Below, piece by piece: positions 1 to 8,876 of a stretch of DNA of 31,729 nt. The DNA lies in IMG/VR virus record IMGVR_UViG_3300029925_000055, positions 1-31,729 of that record. One strand, given 5' to 3'. The DNA comes from a virus (Duplodnaviria; Caudoviricetes). The notes under the pieces are model-generated. The model made no database searches. It saw only the letters and a list, made by a program, of their open reading frames with translations, and was not told the DNA's origin. Within the stretch, counting starts at the first letter, position 1. Each line of letters starts with the position of its first letter. A program made the translations under genes and the position numbers.

Positions 1-3000
1 TGTCCACAGGTCGTTAGTGACCATATTGGCGCGAGCCGTTGCCGCAACGCCCCCGCCAGTGTATTTAGAATTACCTGCATCAAATACGACATTAGGTTGT
101 AAAATTTGTCCGTCCCAATCAATCAACACGGCGTCGTAGTTTGCAGTTGATAAAGTAACGCCGGCCATCATTGTTGACATAGTGGTTACGCTTGATACGT
201 TCCAATCTGATATATCTTGATTGAATGCAGAGCAACCTTGTAACATTGCTGACATATTAGTTACGGAACCAGTCACCCAAGTATTTAATGGCTGATTAAA
301 CACTAAGCAATTTAAAAATAAACCCTTTAGTACAGTTGTAGAAGATGTATCCCACCCTGATAACGGACTATTAAACACCCAACAACTTTGAAACATTGAT
401 TCAAAACTAATAACATTTGAAACATTCCAATCTGAGATATTTGGAATAGTTGTTATAGAATTACAACTAACAAACATTGATGATAAATCAATTGATGAAA
501 TCACAGGAATATCAGTAGCTGTAATCGTTAAATTTGAACACCCCCAAAAGTTACGATTACTAACGACATCATACGGCCCCCATCTAGTTATAACATCAAT
601 CTCTGTATTGCTGGCAAAACGCATATTCAACGCACCCATCTTGCCTCGGATCACTATGTTAAAAGTGCCAGCAGTGACATAGAGATGGTTTAACGCTGCG
701 TCGTTGTAGACTGTAATATCGTTATCGCTTCCATCGCCCCAATCGATATTAAAATCTACTGCGCTATTTGCAAAATTAAGTAAAACCGATTGGTTATCCG
801 TGGTTGTTGTCCAAGTACTATCGAAGCTTGTTAGGCCGCCATCGGTTATTGTCCATCCATCCGCAGCGATCATATTCGCCCTGGCGTTTCCGGCTGCTAT
901 CGATGAGTATTTAGAATTGCCAAAATGGACAACAACGTTAGGTTGTAAAACTTGAGCATCCCAAGCCACTAACATATTGTCATAGTTCTGTATTGACAGT
1001 GTTCCGTATAAGAACATTGTCGAAGCGGCAGTTACTTGGGACATATCCCAAGCGCTTAAGTCTTGATCAAATAACAAGGCATTTCTAAACATTGACGTCA
1101 TGTTGACATTAGTCAATGCATTAATTGCCCATCCACTTATATCTTGATTGAATACAGAAGCTTTCCGTAAAAACTCTGTGAAGTCAGTAACTTTACTTAC
1201 ATTCCACGTTGTTATATTTCCATCAAAAACTGAACAGCTTTCAAACATACTGTTCATGGTAGTAACGTTTGTTGTAATCCAGCTGTTTAAGTCTTGATTA
1301 AAAGATACGCATGACTGGAACATAGCAGAGAATGTTGTTGCCAACCCTACATTCCAACTATTCAATGGTTGATTGAAAGCAGAACAAAATGTAAACAGAT
1401 TATGAAATACAGTAACTGAACTAACGTTCCAACTATTGAGCGGTTGGTCGAATACTGTACACCCACTGAACATAAAACCTATATCGGTTAAAGCAGTTGT
1501 AGTCCAAGTAAGAGGTTGATTATAAGCAGAACAATTCTGTAACATAGAATTCATCGTCGTAACAGCGCTAACAACCCAGCTACTGATATCTTGATTGAAT
1601 ACTAGGCAATCTCTGAACATACTAGACATGTTAGTCACGAGTCCAGTATTCCATAGGTTTAGGGGTTTGTTAAACGCAGTACATTGTTTGAATGTAGCTG
1701 CCATGTTGGTTACTAGGGAGGTATTGAAATTATTTACGTCTTGATTAAAGACAGTACAATTAAAAAACATATTATTAATGTCAGTAACCGATGTAGTAAC
1801 CCAAGTATTCAAAGGTTGATTGAACGCTACACATCCGAAAAACATACTATTCATTAATGTTACAGCGCTGACATTCCACGAATTAATATCTTGATTGAAA
1901 ACTTGACAGTTTTTAAAGGTGGTTGACATATCAATTACGGCGCTAACATCCCACAAATTCAAAGGTTGGTTGAAAGCTATACAATCATTGAACATCAAGG
2001 GTATGGCAGTTACCGAACTGACAACCCAACTATTTAGCGGTTGGTTGAAGACAGTACACCCGGTAAACATTCTGTTCATGGTAGTTACTGAACTAACATT
2101 CCACGAATTAATATCTTGATTAAACGCAAAACAATTAAAGAACACATATGACATGTTAGTTACAGAAATTGTATTCCATGAATTAAGAGATTGATTAAAT
2201 ACAAGGCAGCCATTAAATGCAGATTGTAAAGAAGTCACTAAAGAGATATCCCAAGTGTCTATATTGGGAACGTCTGTCAAAGCTGAACAAGAACTGAATA
2301 TTGCAAAAAAGCTGGTAGTACCAATTGTAGGCGTATCAGTTGCGCTTATTATTAAAGCATTACATCCGTTAAACCAATTATCTGAAAGTAATTCTAACGA
2401 GCCCCATTTTCCTATATGAGAGAACTTAGTTTTATCTCCCGTATTACCGAAGACTATTCCTTTAAACACTCCATTGATCAGGATGACATGATCACCGGCA
2501 ACTGCGTATATATGTGACAAGGCAGCATCGTTGTAGGTGGTAATTGGTGCGCTTACAGTTCCATCGCCCCAATCGATGGTGAAATTTAAACCGGTAGCTG
2601 AGCTATGCAGTGGGAACGTTACTGATTCAGATGCTGTGGTTGTTGTGAAGGTTGATATAAATAAATCATTGAGGTCTTCGCCCCCGTCCGTTATTGTCCA
2701 AGTGTCATTAGATATTAAACTAGCTCGAGCAATCACGGCAGCGCTGGCTGCATACTTAGAAAGACCGCCGTTAAAAACTAAACTAGGTTGTAAAGTTTGA
2801 GAATCTAACGATAGTAATAATGCATCGTAGTTTTGAATGGACAAAGTAACGTTCTTAAGGAAGTCGCCAATATTTGTTACAGAACTGAAATTCCAATTGC
2901 TCAAGTCTTGATTAAATAAAGTACAATCTCTAAATGCCGAACCTATAAGAGTAACGTTAGAAACATCCCAACTTCCGACTGGTTGATTAAATACAGAACA

Positions 3001-5757
3001 TGAGATGAAAATACTATCAATATTTGTAATGGCAGAAGTAACATTCCAGACCCCGATTGGCTGATTAAACAGCGAACATGAATTAAACATCGAGTTCATA
3101 GCTGTAACTAACGAAACATTCCAGCCTGATATATCTTGGTTGAAAACTGAACATCCACTTAACATTGACTGTAGATCTGTCGCAGCAGTAGTAACCCAGC
3201 TAGTAATATTGCCATCGAAAGCGGCACAATTTTGGAACATTTGTTTGAATGAAATAACTAAACTAACATTCCAACTATTAAGACTCTGATTAAAAACAGT
3301 ACACCCGCTGAACATCTCTTGCATATTGCTAGCTATCAAACTTACATTCCAGCCGTCAATATTCTGGTTGAATGCAGCACACCCTCTGAACATTCTTAAT
3401 ACTTCTGTTAGAGAAGTTGTCACCCAACTTGTAACGTCGCCATTGAATGCCGAACAACCATCAAACATGCTTGTCATATTGGTAACGGCACTGACATTCC
3501 AGAGATTTAGTGGTTGATTAAACGAATTGCTACCGGCGAACATACTTTGCATGGTAGTAACTAAAGTTACTATCCAACTATTCAACGGTTGGTTGAATAA
3601 AATACAACCATTGAACATAGAATTCATCGCATTTACAGCGCTAACATTCCAACTATTGAGCGGCTGGTTAAATTTGAAGCAATTACTAAAAAGATTGCTA
3701 AGCGTAGTAGCAGAACCTATATTCCAAGCATCAATATTGTGATTAAAATTTGAACAAGATGAAAAAGTAAAATGTAAGAGAGTTATATGTGCGACGTTCC
3801 ACGTTTCCAGATTAGGGATAGTGTCTATTAAGGTACAATCTCTAAAAGCAGAGTACATAGTTGTCGTTAGACTAATATCAGGTATATCAGTAGCTGAAAT
3901 CTTTAAATTTGAACAGCCATAGAACCAAGCATTACTCAATAAAGCCAATTCTCCCCAACGACCTATATGAGAAAATTTTGTTTTATCACCAACGTTATTA
4001 AAACGTAGTCCTTTAATTGTTCCGTCGATCAAGATTACATGATCGCCCGCTACAGCGTATGTATGAGATAACGCTGCATCGTTATAGGTTGTTATAGGAG
4101 CTGATATGGTTCCGTCTCCCCAATCGATTGTGAAATTTAACCCGGTCGCTGAACTATCTAATGGAAAAGTTACAGACTCGCTTGCCGTCGTTGTTGTGAA
4201 GGTAGATATAAATAGATCGTTTGTGTCTTCCCCACCGTCCGTTATCGTCCAGCCATTAGTAATTAAAGCAGCTCTACCAATGACTGCTTTAGATTGGGCG
4301 TAAATAGAATTGCCACCACCAAATATAACGTTGGGTTGGGTTGCTTGTTTACTCCAACTATCTAACAAGGCGTCGTAGTTGGGGATTGACAATGCATTTT
4401 GATTGAACATAATTTGCATATCAACGACTGACGATATATCCCAGTCGCTAATATCTCGATCAAATATAGTTGCGCCATCAAACATAAATTGCATATTAGT
4501 GACAGAACTAGTGTTCAAAAGATTGAGCGGCTGATTGAACGCTACGGCATCCCTGAACATATACTGGATTTGTGTTAATGCAGTTGTAGTCCAGTTCCCT
4601 ATTGGCTGATTAAATACAGTACAACCGTTGAACATAAAAGACATGTCAGTTACGGAACTAGTGATCCAGCTCGTGATATCACCATTGAAAACTAGTGCGC
4701 GGTTGAACATTGCTGACATGTTAGTCGCATTAACAGTGTTCCAACTGTTTAAATCTTGATTAAAAACAGCGCAAAGTTCAAATATATTATTCATCAATGA
4801 AACAGCGCCGACATTCCAGTTATCTAAAGATTGATCGAACGCCAGGCAATTGTTAAACATAAAAGCCATGTTAGTTACAAGAGCAGTGTTCCAAAGATTG
4901 AGTGGTTGATTGAACACTTGGCAATTGTTAAGCATGCCTTGCATATTTGTTACAGCATTTGTATTCCAACTATTCAGAGGTTGGTTGAAAACTAAACAAC
5001 TTCTGAGCATGTTATCCATTCGAGTAACTGCACTGACAACCCAACTATCGAGCGGCTGGTTGAAAGTAGAGCAACCATCAAAAAGCTGGTTCATAACATT
5101 TACAGAACTGACATTCCAACTTCCGATCGCTTGGTTAAATACAGATGCTCCATTGAACATTAACGACATATCTGTGACACTAATCGTATTCCATGATGTA
5201 ATATTGCCATCAAATAAAGGGCAACTTCTAAAAGTATTACTCATCGAAGTTACTAGCCCGGTATTCCACGAATTTAAATCTTGATTAAAAACTGCGCAGT
5301 TATAAAATGTTTCAAAAAGACTAGTTACAGCGCTTATATTCCAAGTATCCATATTTGGTATAGTGGTTACTGAATTACAATCTTTAAATGCGCTTTGCAT
5401 ATTTGTAACAGCAGTAATATCAGGAATATCCATTGCTGTAATTGTTAGATTGGTACAACCATAAAACCAGGAATCAGAAAGTAGCTTTAATGGCCCCCAC
5501 GTTTTAATCACGTTAATTTTTGTTTTATCACCAACGTTGTTAAATCTGAAACCTTCGATAGTTCCTATAATATTAACATCGTAAACGCCCGCATTCGCAT
5601 AAACATGGCTCGCGTTTGCATCGTCCCAGGCGTTGATCGCTTGTAATGCAGTGCCGTCTCCCCAATCAACAAACGCGCTATATACCCCCGTGCTCATTAA
5701 CGGCAGGGTGATAGATTCGCTTGACGTCGTAGTAGTCCATGATGCCAAAAAATGCTC
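1..5757 (-). repeat. Four tandem BspA/DUF285 modules (approx. 5757-4228, 4227-2675, 2674-835, 834-<1), each with ~75-bp internal repeats
   Basis: Each module starts with F..T(W/F)TTTT..(E/Q)S(V/I) and DWGDG. Modules 1-3 end with WTITDGG; module 4 reaches WT at the window edge. Manual count of FNQ/FD-type repeats: 12, 12, 16, 3. Confidence 0.88.
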
Positions 5758-6801
5758 AATCGGCGTATACGAAGCGCTGACGATGGTTGAATAGTTAGGA
5801 ATCTCATCAAAAGCAAAGATCGAATAAAAATATTCGACATCGTTTGTCAAACCTGCATCGATTACAGAAGTATCCGTACCTGTATAAACGAAATCGCCAG
5901 CCGTAGGTGTTGCCGGAGCGCTTACCGTGTCTCGACGAATTGTTACGCCTGCGAAATCTGAATCAGTAGGGTTGACCCACGAAAGCGAAAGTTCGTTAGA
6001 AAATTGAGAAACAATGGCGAAATTAGTGGGTGAACTAGGTGCCGTAACATCTGCCGGAATAGTCGAATCTTGCGCCGCTAATGAATAGTTAGGTACTGAA
6101 TCATAAGCGAAAATCGAATAAAAATGCTCGATATCGTTGGTTAAATTGATATCTGTAAAAGCAGTTTCATCACCGCCGTTGTAAACCAGGGTGCCGTCAT
6201 TTCTATCTATTGGAAATGATCCAATTTTGTGAAGGATGATCACACCTTCAAAATCTGAATCAGTGGGATTAACCCAGCTCATTAGTGCTTGTTCATCACC
6301 AGAAGCCGCGACAAAGCTGGTCACAACGCCAGGGGAAACGATATCAGGTGCTACTGGCGCTATTACGGAATCTTGAACCTCTTTGATCAGTAATTTAAAC
6401 GTCGCCCCTACCGCGTCAGCAGAAGCCTTAGTGATCTCGTAAACAGTGCCACTTATATCAACGTAATATTTTAAACTATCCATTTCAAAACTAGGCGCCC
6501 CCAATTCTGAATCTAAAACTAATAATTCTTGAACTTTGTAATTGTAATTTATGGCATCCGCTTCATTGTCTTTTTCTTTGTCTGTTAGAACGCCTCGACA
6601 AGTACCTAAAGTTTGTACGACGCCACTAATGTTGGTTGTGAAATAATTTTTTGTGCCTTGAACCACACCAGAAGTATTTGCGTTATATCCTGCCGAATCA
6701 TCGCGCGAATAAATTTTAAATGTAGAAATCGCGCCCACCAAGTCATCGTCAAATGCTTCCTGAATATCTTGGGTGATTTCTTGATATAACGTTAACGGCA
6801 T
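1..6801 (-). CDS. Giant (>2267 aa, 3' end outside window) virion-associated protein: head-closure-like N-terminal domain + 2x FN3 + at least 4 PKD-like/BspA (DUF285) LRR modules
   Basis: ATG at 6801 just downstream of the adaptor gene stop (MPLTLYQEITQDIQEAFDDDLVGAISTF...). The same frame still reads as a BspA module end at base 1 (...YDAVLIDWDGQILQPNVVFDAGNSKYTGGGVAATARANMVTNDLWT). The ORF track lists no terminated ORF from this start, which is consistent with no internal stop. About 43 repeats of ~25 aa of the type FNQPLNSWNVSSVTNMxxMFxxC; IDWGDG PKD-like motifs; two SWVNPTDSDF FN3 motifs. Confidence 0.92.
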   Translation of the reverse strand, partial: MPLTLYQEITQDIQEAFDDDLVGAISTFKIYSRDDSAGYNANTSGVVQGTKNYFTTNISGVVQTLGTCRGVLTDKEKDNEADAINYNYKVQELLVLDSELGAPSFEMDSLKYYVDISGTVYEITKASADAVGATFKLLIKEVQDSVIAPVAPDIVSPGVVTSFVAASGDEQALMSWVNPTDSDFEGVIILHKIGSFPIDRNDGTLVYNGGDETAFTDINLTNDIEHFYSIFAYDSVPNYSLAAQDSTIPADVTAPSSPTNFAIVSQFSNELSLSWVNPTDSDFAGVTIRRDTVSAPATPTAGDFVYTGTDTSVIDAGLTNDVEYFYSIFAFDEIPNYSTIVSASYTPIEHFLASWTTTTSSESITLPLMSTGVYSAFVDWGDGTALQAINAWDDANASHVYANAGVYDVNIIGTIEGFRFNNVGDKTKINVIKTWGPLKLLSDSWFYGCTNLTITAMDIPDITAVTNMQSAFKDCNSVTTIPNMDTWNISAVTSLFETFYNCAVFNQDLNSWNTGLVTSMSNTFRSCPLFDGNITSWNTISVTDMSLMFNGASVFNQAIGSWNVSSVNVMNQLFDGCSTFNQPLDSWVVSAVTRMDNMLRSCLVFNQPLNSWNTNAVTNMQGMLNNCQVFNQPLNLWNTALVTNMAFMFNNCLAFDQSLDNWNVGAVSLMNNIFELCAVFNQDLNSWNTVNATNMSAMFNRALVFNGDITSWITSSVTDMSFMFNGCTVFNQPIGNWTTTALTQIQYMFRDAVAFNQPLNLLNTSSVTNMQFMFDGATIFDRDISDWDISSVVDMQIMFNQNALSIPNYDALLDSWSKQATQPNVIFGGGNSIYAQSKAVIGRAALITNGWTITDGGEDTNDLFISTFTTTTASESVTFPLDSSATGLNFTIDWGDGTISAPITTYNDAALSHTYAVAGDHVILIDGTIKGLRFNNVGDKTKFSHIGRWGELALLSNAWFYGCSNLKISATDIPDISLTTTMYSAFRDCTLIDTIPNLETWNVAHITLLHFTFSSCSNFNHNIDAWNIGSATTLSNLFSNCFKFNQPLNSWNVSAVNAMNSMFNGCILFNQPLNSWIVTLVTTMQSMFAGSNSFNQPLNLWNVSAVTNMTSMFDGCSAFNGDVTSWVTTSLTEVLRMFRGCAAFNQNIDGWNVSLIASNMQEMFSGCTVFNQSLNSWNVSLVISFKQMFQNCAAFDGNITSWVTTAATDLQSMLSGCSVFNQDISGWNVSLVTAMNSMFNSCSLFNQPIGVWNVTSAITNIDSIFISCSVFNQPVGSWDVSNVTLIGSAFRDCTLFNQDLSNWNFSSVTNIGDFLKNVTLSIQNYDALLLSLDSQTLQPSLVFNGGLSKYAASAAVIARASLISNDTWTITDGGEDLNDLFISTFTTTTASESVTFPLHSSATGLNFTIDWGDGTVSAPITTYNDAALSHIYAVAGDHVILINGVFKGIVFGNTGDKTKFSHIGKWGSLELLSDNWFNGCNALIISATDTPTIGTTSFFAIFSSCSALTDVPNIDTWDISLVTSLQSAFNGCLVFNQSLNSWNTISVTNMSYVFFNCFAFNQDINSWNVSSVTTMNRMFTGCTVFNQPLNSWVVSSVTAIPLMFNDCIAFNQPLNLWDVSAVIDMSTTFKNCQVFNQDINSWNVSAVTLMNSMFFGCVAFNQPLNTWVTTSVTDINNMFFNCTVFNQDVNNFNTSLVTNMAATFKQCTAFNKPLNLWNTGLVTNMSSMFRDCLVFNQDISSWVVSAVTTMNSMLQNCSAYNQPLTWTTTALTDIGFMFSGCTVFDQPLNSWNVSSVTVFHNLFTFCSAFNQPLNSWNVGLATTFSAMFQSCVSFNQDLNSWITTNVTTMNSMFESCSVFDGNITTWNVSKVTDFTEFLRKASVFNQDISGWAINALTNVNMTSMFRNALLFDQDLSAWDMSQVTAASTMFLYGTLSIQNYDNMLVAWDAQVLQPNVVVHFGNSKYSSIAAGNARANMIAADGWTITDGGLTSFDSTWTTTTDNQSVLLNFANSAVDFNIDWGDGSDNDITVYNDAALNHLYVTAGTFNIVIRGKMGALNMRFASNTEIDVITRWGPYDVVSNRNFWGCSNLTITATDIPVISSIDLSSMFVSCNSITTIPNISDWNVSNVISFESMFQSCWVFNSPLSGWDTSSTTVLKGLFLNCLVFNQPLNTWVTGSVTNMSAMLQGCSAFNQDISDWNVSSVTTMSTMMAGVTLSTANYDAVLIDWDGQILQPNVVFDAGNSKYTGGGVAATARANMVTNDLWT
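5762..6345 (-). repeat. Two tandem fibronectin type III-like domains within the giant ORF
   Basis: DIVSPGVVTSFVAASGDEQALMSWVNPTDSDFEGV...HFYSIFAYDSVPNYS and DVTAPSSPTNFAIVSQFSNELSLSWVNPTDSDFAGV...YFYSIFAFDEIPNYS. Confidence 0.85.
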
Positions 6802-6805
6802 TTTA

Positions 6806-7240
6806 TTAAGCTCTTAAAACGTTAGAAGTTTTTGGGCTAGTGCTCGAGTTTAAAACGCAGTATGGAGAGAGCATCGAAGTCACGGCCGGATAAGGATCGA
6901 TCACGGAAGTCACGTTATCCGCGCGTGCGAATTTGCGCCTTGTTGTGATACCTGCTTTTATTGTCTTCTCTAAAATATTTGTTTCGGGCTCATTAAAAAG
7001 CGAACCTTTCAAATGCTCAATAGCCAAAATACTATTCGCCATTTGAATCTCAGATGGTGCGTCGTCTTCGTCTACAGCAGAGAAAAAAGTATATTTCGAA
7101 TCGATAAAAGAACGCGCATGACTTAACGCGTTCCCCTTAGTAGTATCATTTCCTGCGTCCCAAGTTGCGTCGCCTGTGTTTACAGTTTCGGCATTAGCTA
7201 ACGTAACATAGGTAACAGGTAACTTAGGCAGGTTAGGCAT
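6806..7240 (-). CDS. Phage head-tail adaptor/connector (DnaT-like phage family)
   Basis: TYVTLANAE...WDA...KGNALSHARSFIDSKYTF pattern; lies directly downstream of the capsid gene cluster. Confidence 0.7.
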   Translation of the reverse strand: MPNLPKLPVTYVTLANAETVNTGDATWDAGNDTTKGNALSHARSFIDSKYTFFSAVDEDDAPSEIQMANSILAIEHLKGSLFNEPETNILEKTIKAGITTRRKFARADNVTSVIDPYPAVTSMLSPYCVLNSSTSPKTSNVLRA

Positions 7241-7396
7241 TTAATCCTCGCGTACTCTTTTGGTAGTTTTCTTTGTTTGTTTTAATGTAGGGTCATCGAG
7301 TGTGAAGCCTGCTTTTTCCATCGCCTGTTTATCCTCTGGCGTGTCGTTACATTCGACAGGGTTTCCTGTTTTGTTGTAAAAAATTACGGTTGACAT
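7241..7396 (-). CDS. Small 51-aa capsid-adjacent protein (not in ORF track), paralogue of 7410..7640
   Basis: MSTVIFYNKTGNPVECNDTPEDKQAMEKAGFTLDDPTLKQTKKTTKRVRED. AGGTGA RBS upstream; stop abuts the next ATG. Confidence 0.75.
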   Translation of the reverse strand: MSTVIFYNKTGNPVECNDTPEDKQAMEKAGFTLDDPTLKQTKKTTKRVRED

Positions 7397-7409
7397 AAAT
7401 CACCTATTT

Positions 7410-7640
7410 TTATTCGTCAGAAGTTACAACGCCCGAATCATTATTCGGATCGTCTTTTGCTGCTTTTTCCTCGGCAGCTAACCGATCAGATTCAGCTTGT
7501 TTTGCCAATTCAGCTTGGTGCGCTTCCGCAGCTTCACTGAAATTTTCAGGTTCAGTGCGCGACCATCCTGCATTTTCCATCGCTTTAAATTGCGAAGGAT
7601 CTGCATTGATCACAACCCCTTCTTTATACATTTTTGCCAT
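7410..7640 (-). CDS. Small phage protein downstream of the major capsid gene
   Basis: AGGTGAG RBS; typical post-capsid position; AMENAGW motif followed by an acidic/Ala-rich tail. Confidence 0.75.
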   Translation of the reverse strand: MAKMYKEGVVINADPSQFKAMENAGWSRTEPENFSEAAEAHQAELAKQAESDRLAAEEKAAKDDPNNDSGVVTSDE

Positions 7641-7676
7641 TTTGAAATTCTCACCTAGTTAAATTGTTACAAGTAT

Positions 7677-7719
7677 GATGAAAAATCTAAGACGTTTTTA
7701 ATGCCTTAGATTTTTCATC
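7677..7719 (-). terminator. Long hairpin directly after the capsid stop codon (stabiliser, processing site or weak terminator)
   Basis: GATGAAAAATCTAAG ... CTTAGATTTTTCATC is a perfect 15-bp inverted repeat; there is no separate U-tract. Confidence 0.55.
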
Positions 7720-7727
7720 GGTTTTTA

Positions 7728-8876
7728 TTAAACGTCGTCAGATAACAACGTAATTCTGCGGGGTTCATAACAAGCAGCCCCCACTAAAACATCCATTGAC
7801 ATGGTTGTCTTTTTATCGGTCATGTTATAACCGCGAACAACACGGATACTCACACCACCCGCCGAAAGTACAGAGGCGACTTGATCACCCGGTAAATCCA
7901 GAATCGGGAATGCTACCGCCAACGATTTATCATCGAAAATCGCACCACGTTTCACATAAGCTAAACCTGAACCAATCACACTAATGGCCGTCGCATCAGG
8001 GATTATTTCCGTGATGGGGTCAACTAAAGGAATAGAGGTTGCAAGGGCCGCTACATTGGACGCGACTACTATAGGGCGTTTGACGCCTGCTATTTTCAAA
8101 TGATCGCCCGCCGTCAATCCGCCAACAACTGCGGTAGTGATTAGCGTCTTCTCGCCCACCAAATTACCTGCACCGTTGTTTGTAACGCCTGTACCAGAAC
8201 TATAAGTACCCGAAGCGGCAGCATCAGTTGAAGGGAAATTGACAGAACTAAAAAAGTCCATTCCCATCACCGATCCCATTTGGCCAGTACGCAAAGTTGT
8301 TTCACCGTCAGCGCCGCGAGTTTGGCTTTGGTTAAACCAATCCTTACCCAATAGTTTGGCTTCCAAGGTATCGTCAACCAGGCAGAATCGATTGCCAGGG
8401 TTCAGTTGTTGGAGTAATGCGGCCTGTCTGGCCAGCGCAACATCGGCAGAAGTTTCAAGCAATACCGCAGAATGATACAAACCATGAGCATCTAGTATTT
8501 TTGATGCCGTGTAGATTTCCACTTTTTCAGCGAGACGAATGGCTGAAGGTGCGATTACTTCGTTGATAAAACCCTCAAAATCAAGGGCCATTTCTTTTGA
8601 CGTCAATTCAACAGATATGTCAAAATGCTTCTCGATCTTCATATTTCGACTGGATGAACGCACGGATTGAATAGAAATGGAACCAGCGAATTCTTTCGCT
8701 TCGTAATCAGGGCCAGTTTTGATGCGGATGGTATCGCCTTTCGCATAACCGTCAGGTACAGTGTTCCAATCAGATGATTTATCCATTGAAACCAGGGGGG
8801 CGATAATGAGATTATCAGACATTACTGAAAGCGCTTCGGCAGCGATCCAATCTATTTCTTCGAAAGCATTTGGCAT
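7728..8876 (-). CDS. Major capsid protein, P22 coat (gp5)-like family
   Basis: MPNAF...IAAEAL...KGDTIRIKTG...IAPSAIRLAEKVE...GVSIRVVRGYNMTDKKTTMSMDVLVG, with an inserted LTAGDHLKIAGV domain; 382 aa; follows the scaffold gene. Confidence 0.9.
   Translation of the reverse strand: MPNAFEEIDWIAAEALSVMSDNLIIAPLVSMDKSSDWNTVPDGYAKGDTIRIKTGPDYEAKEFAGSISIQSVRSSSRNMKIEKHFDISVELTSKEMALDFEGFINEVIAPSAIRLAEKVEIYTASKILDAHGLYHSAVLLETSADVALARQAALLQQLNPGNRFCLVDDTLEAKLLGKDWFNQSQTRGADGETTLRTGQMGSVMGMDFFSSVNFPSTDAAASGTYSSGTGVTNNGAGNLVGEKTLITTAVVGGLTAGDHLKIAGVKRPIVVASNVAALATSIPLVDPITEIIPDATAISVIGSGLAYVKRGAIFDDKSLAVAFPILDLPGDQVASVLSAGGVSIRVVRGYNMTDKKTTMSMDVLVGAACYEPRRITLLSDDV

Noticed and set aside
1919-5284. Six plus-strand ORFs in the track (1919, 2537, 3326, 3527, 4106, 4910)
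   Set aside because: They are antisense shadows of the giant minus-strand BspA ORF; their periodicity mirrors the 75-bp repeats.
200-5300. 75-bp periodic repeats as a CRISPR array or DGR template/variable repeats
   Set aside because: The units are degenerate, in frame and protein-coding. There is no invariant repeat with unique spacers, no adenine-specific differences, and no cas or reverse transcriptase gene in the window.
6295-6320. Ala-Ala in FVAASG as a LapG cleavage site
   Set aside because: It lies within the first predicted FN3 strand and does not match the TAAG context well; a dialanine alone is uninformative.
6360-6400. Programmed frameshift giving a short head-closure protein (out-of-frame TAATAG right after the domain; TTTAAA nearby)
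   Set aside because: There is no correctly phased X-XXY-YYZ slippery heptamer or obvious stimulatory structure, and out-of-frame stops are common in AT-rich DNA.
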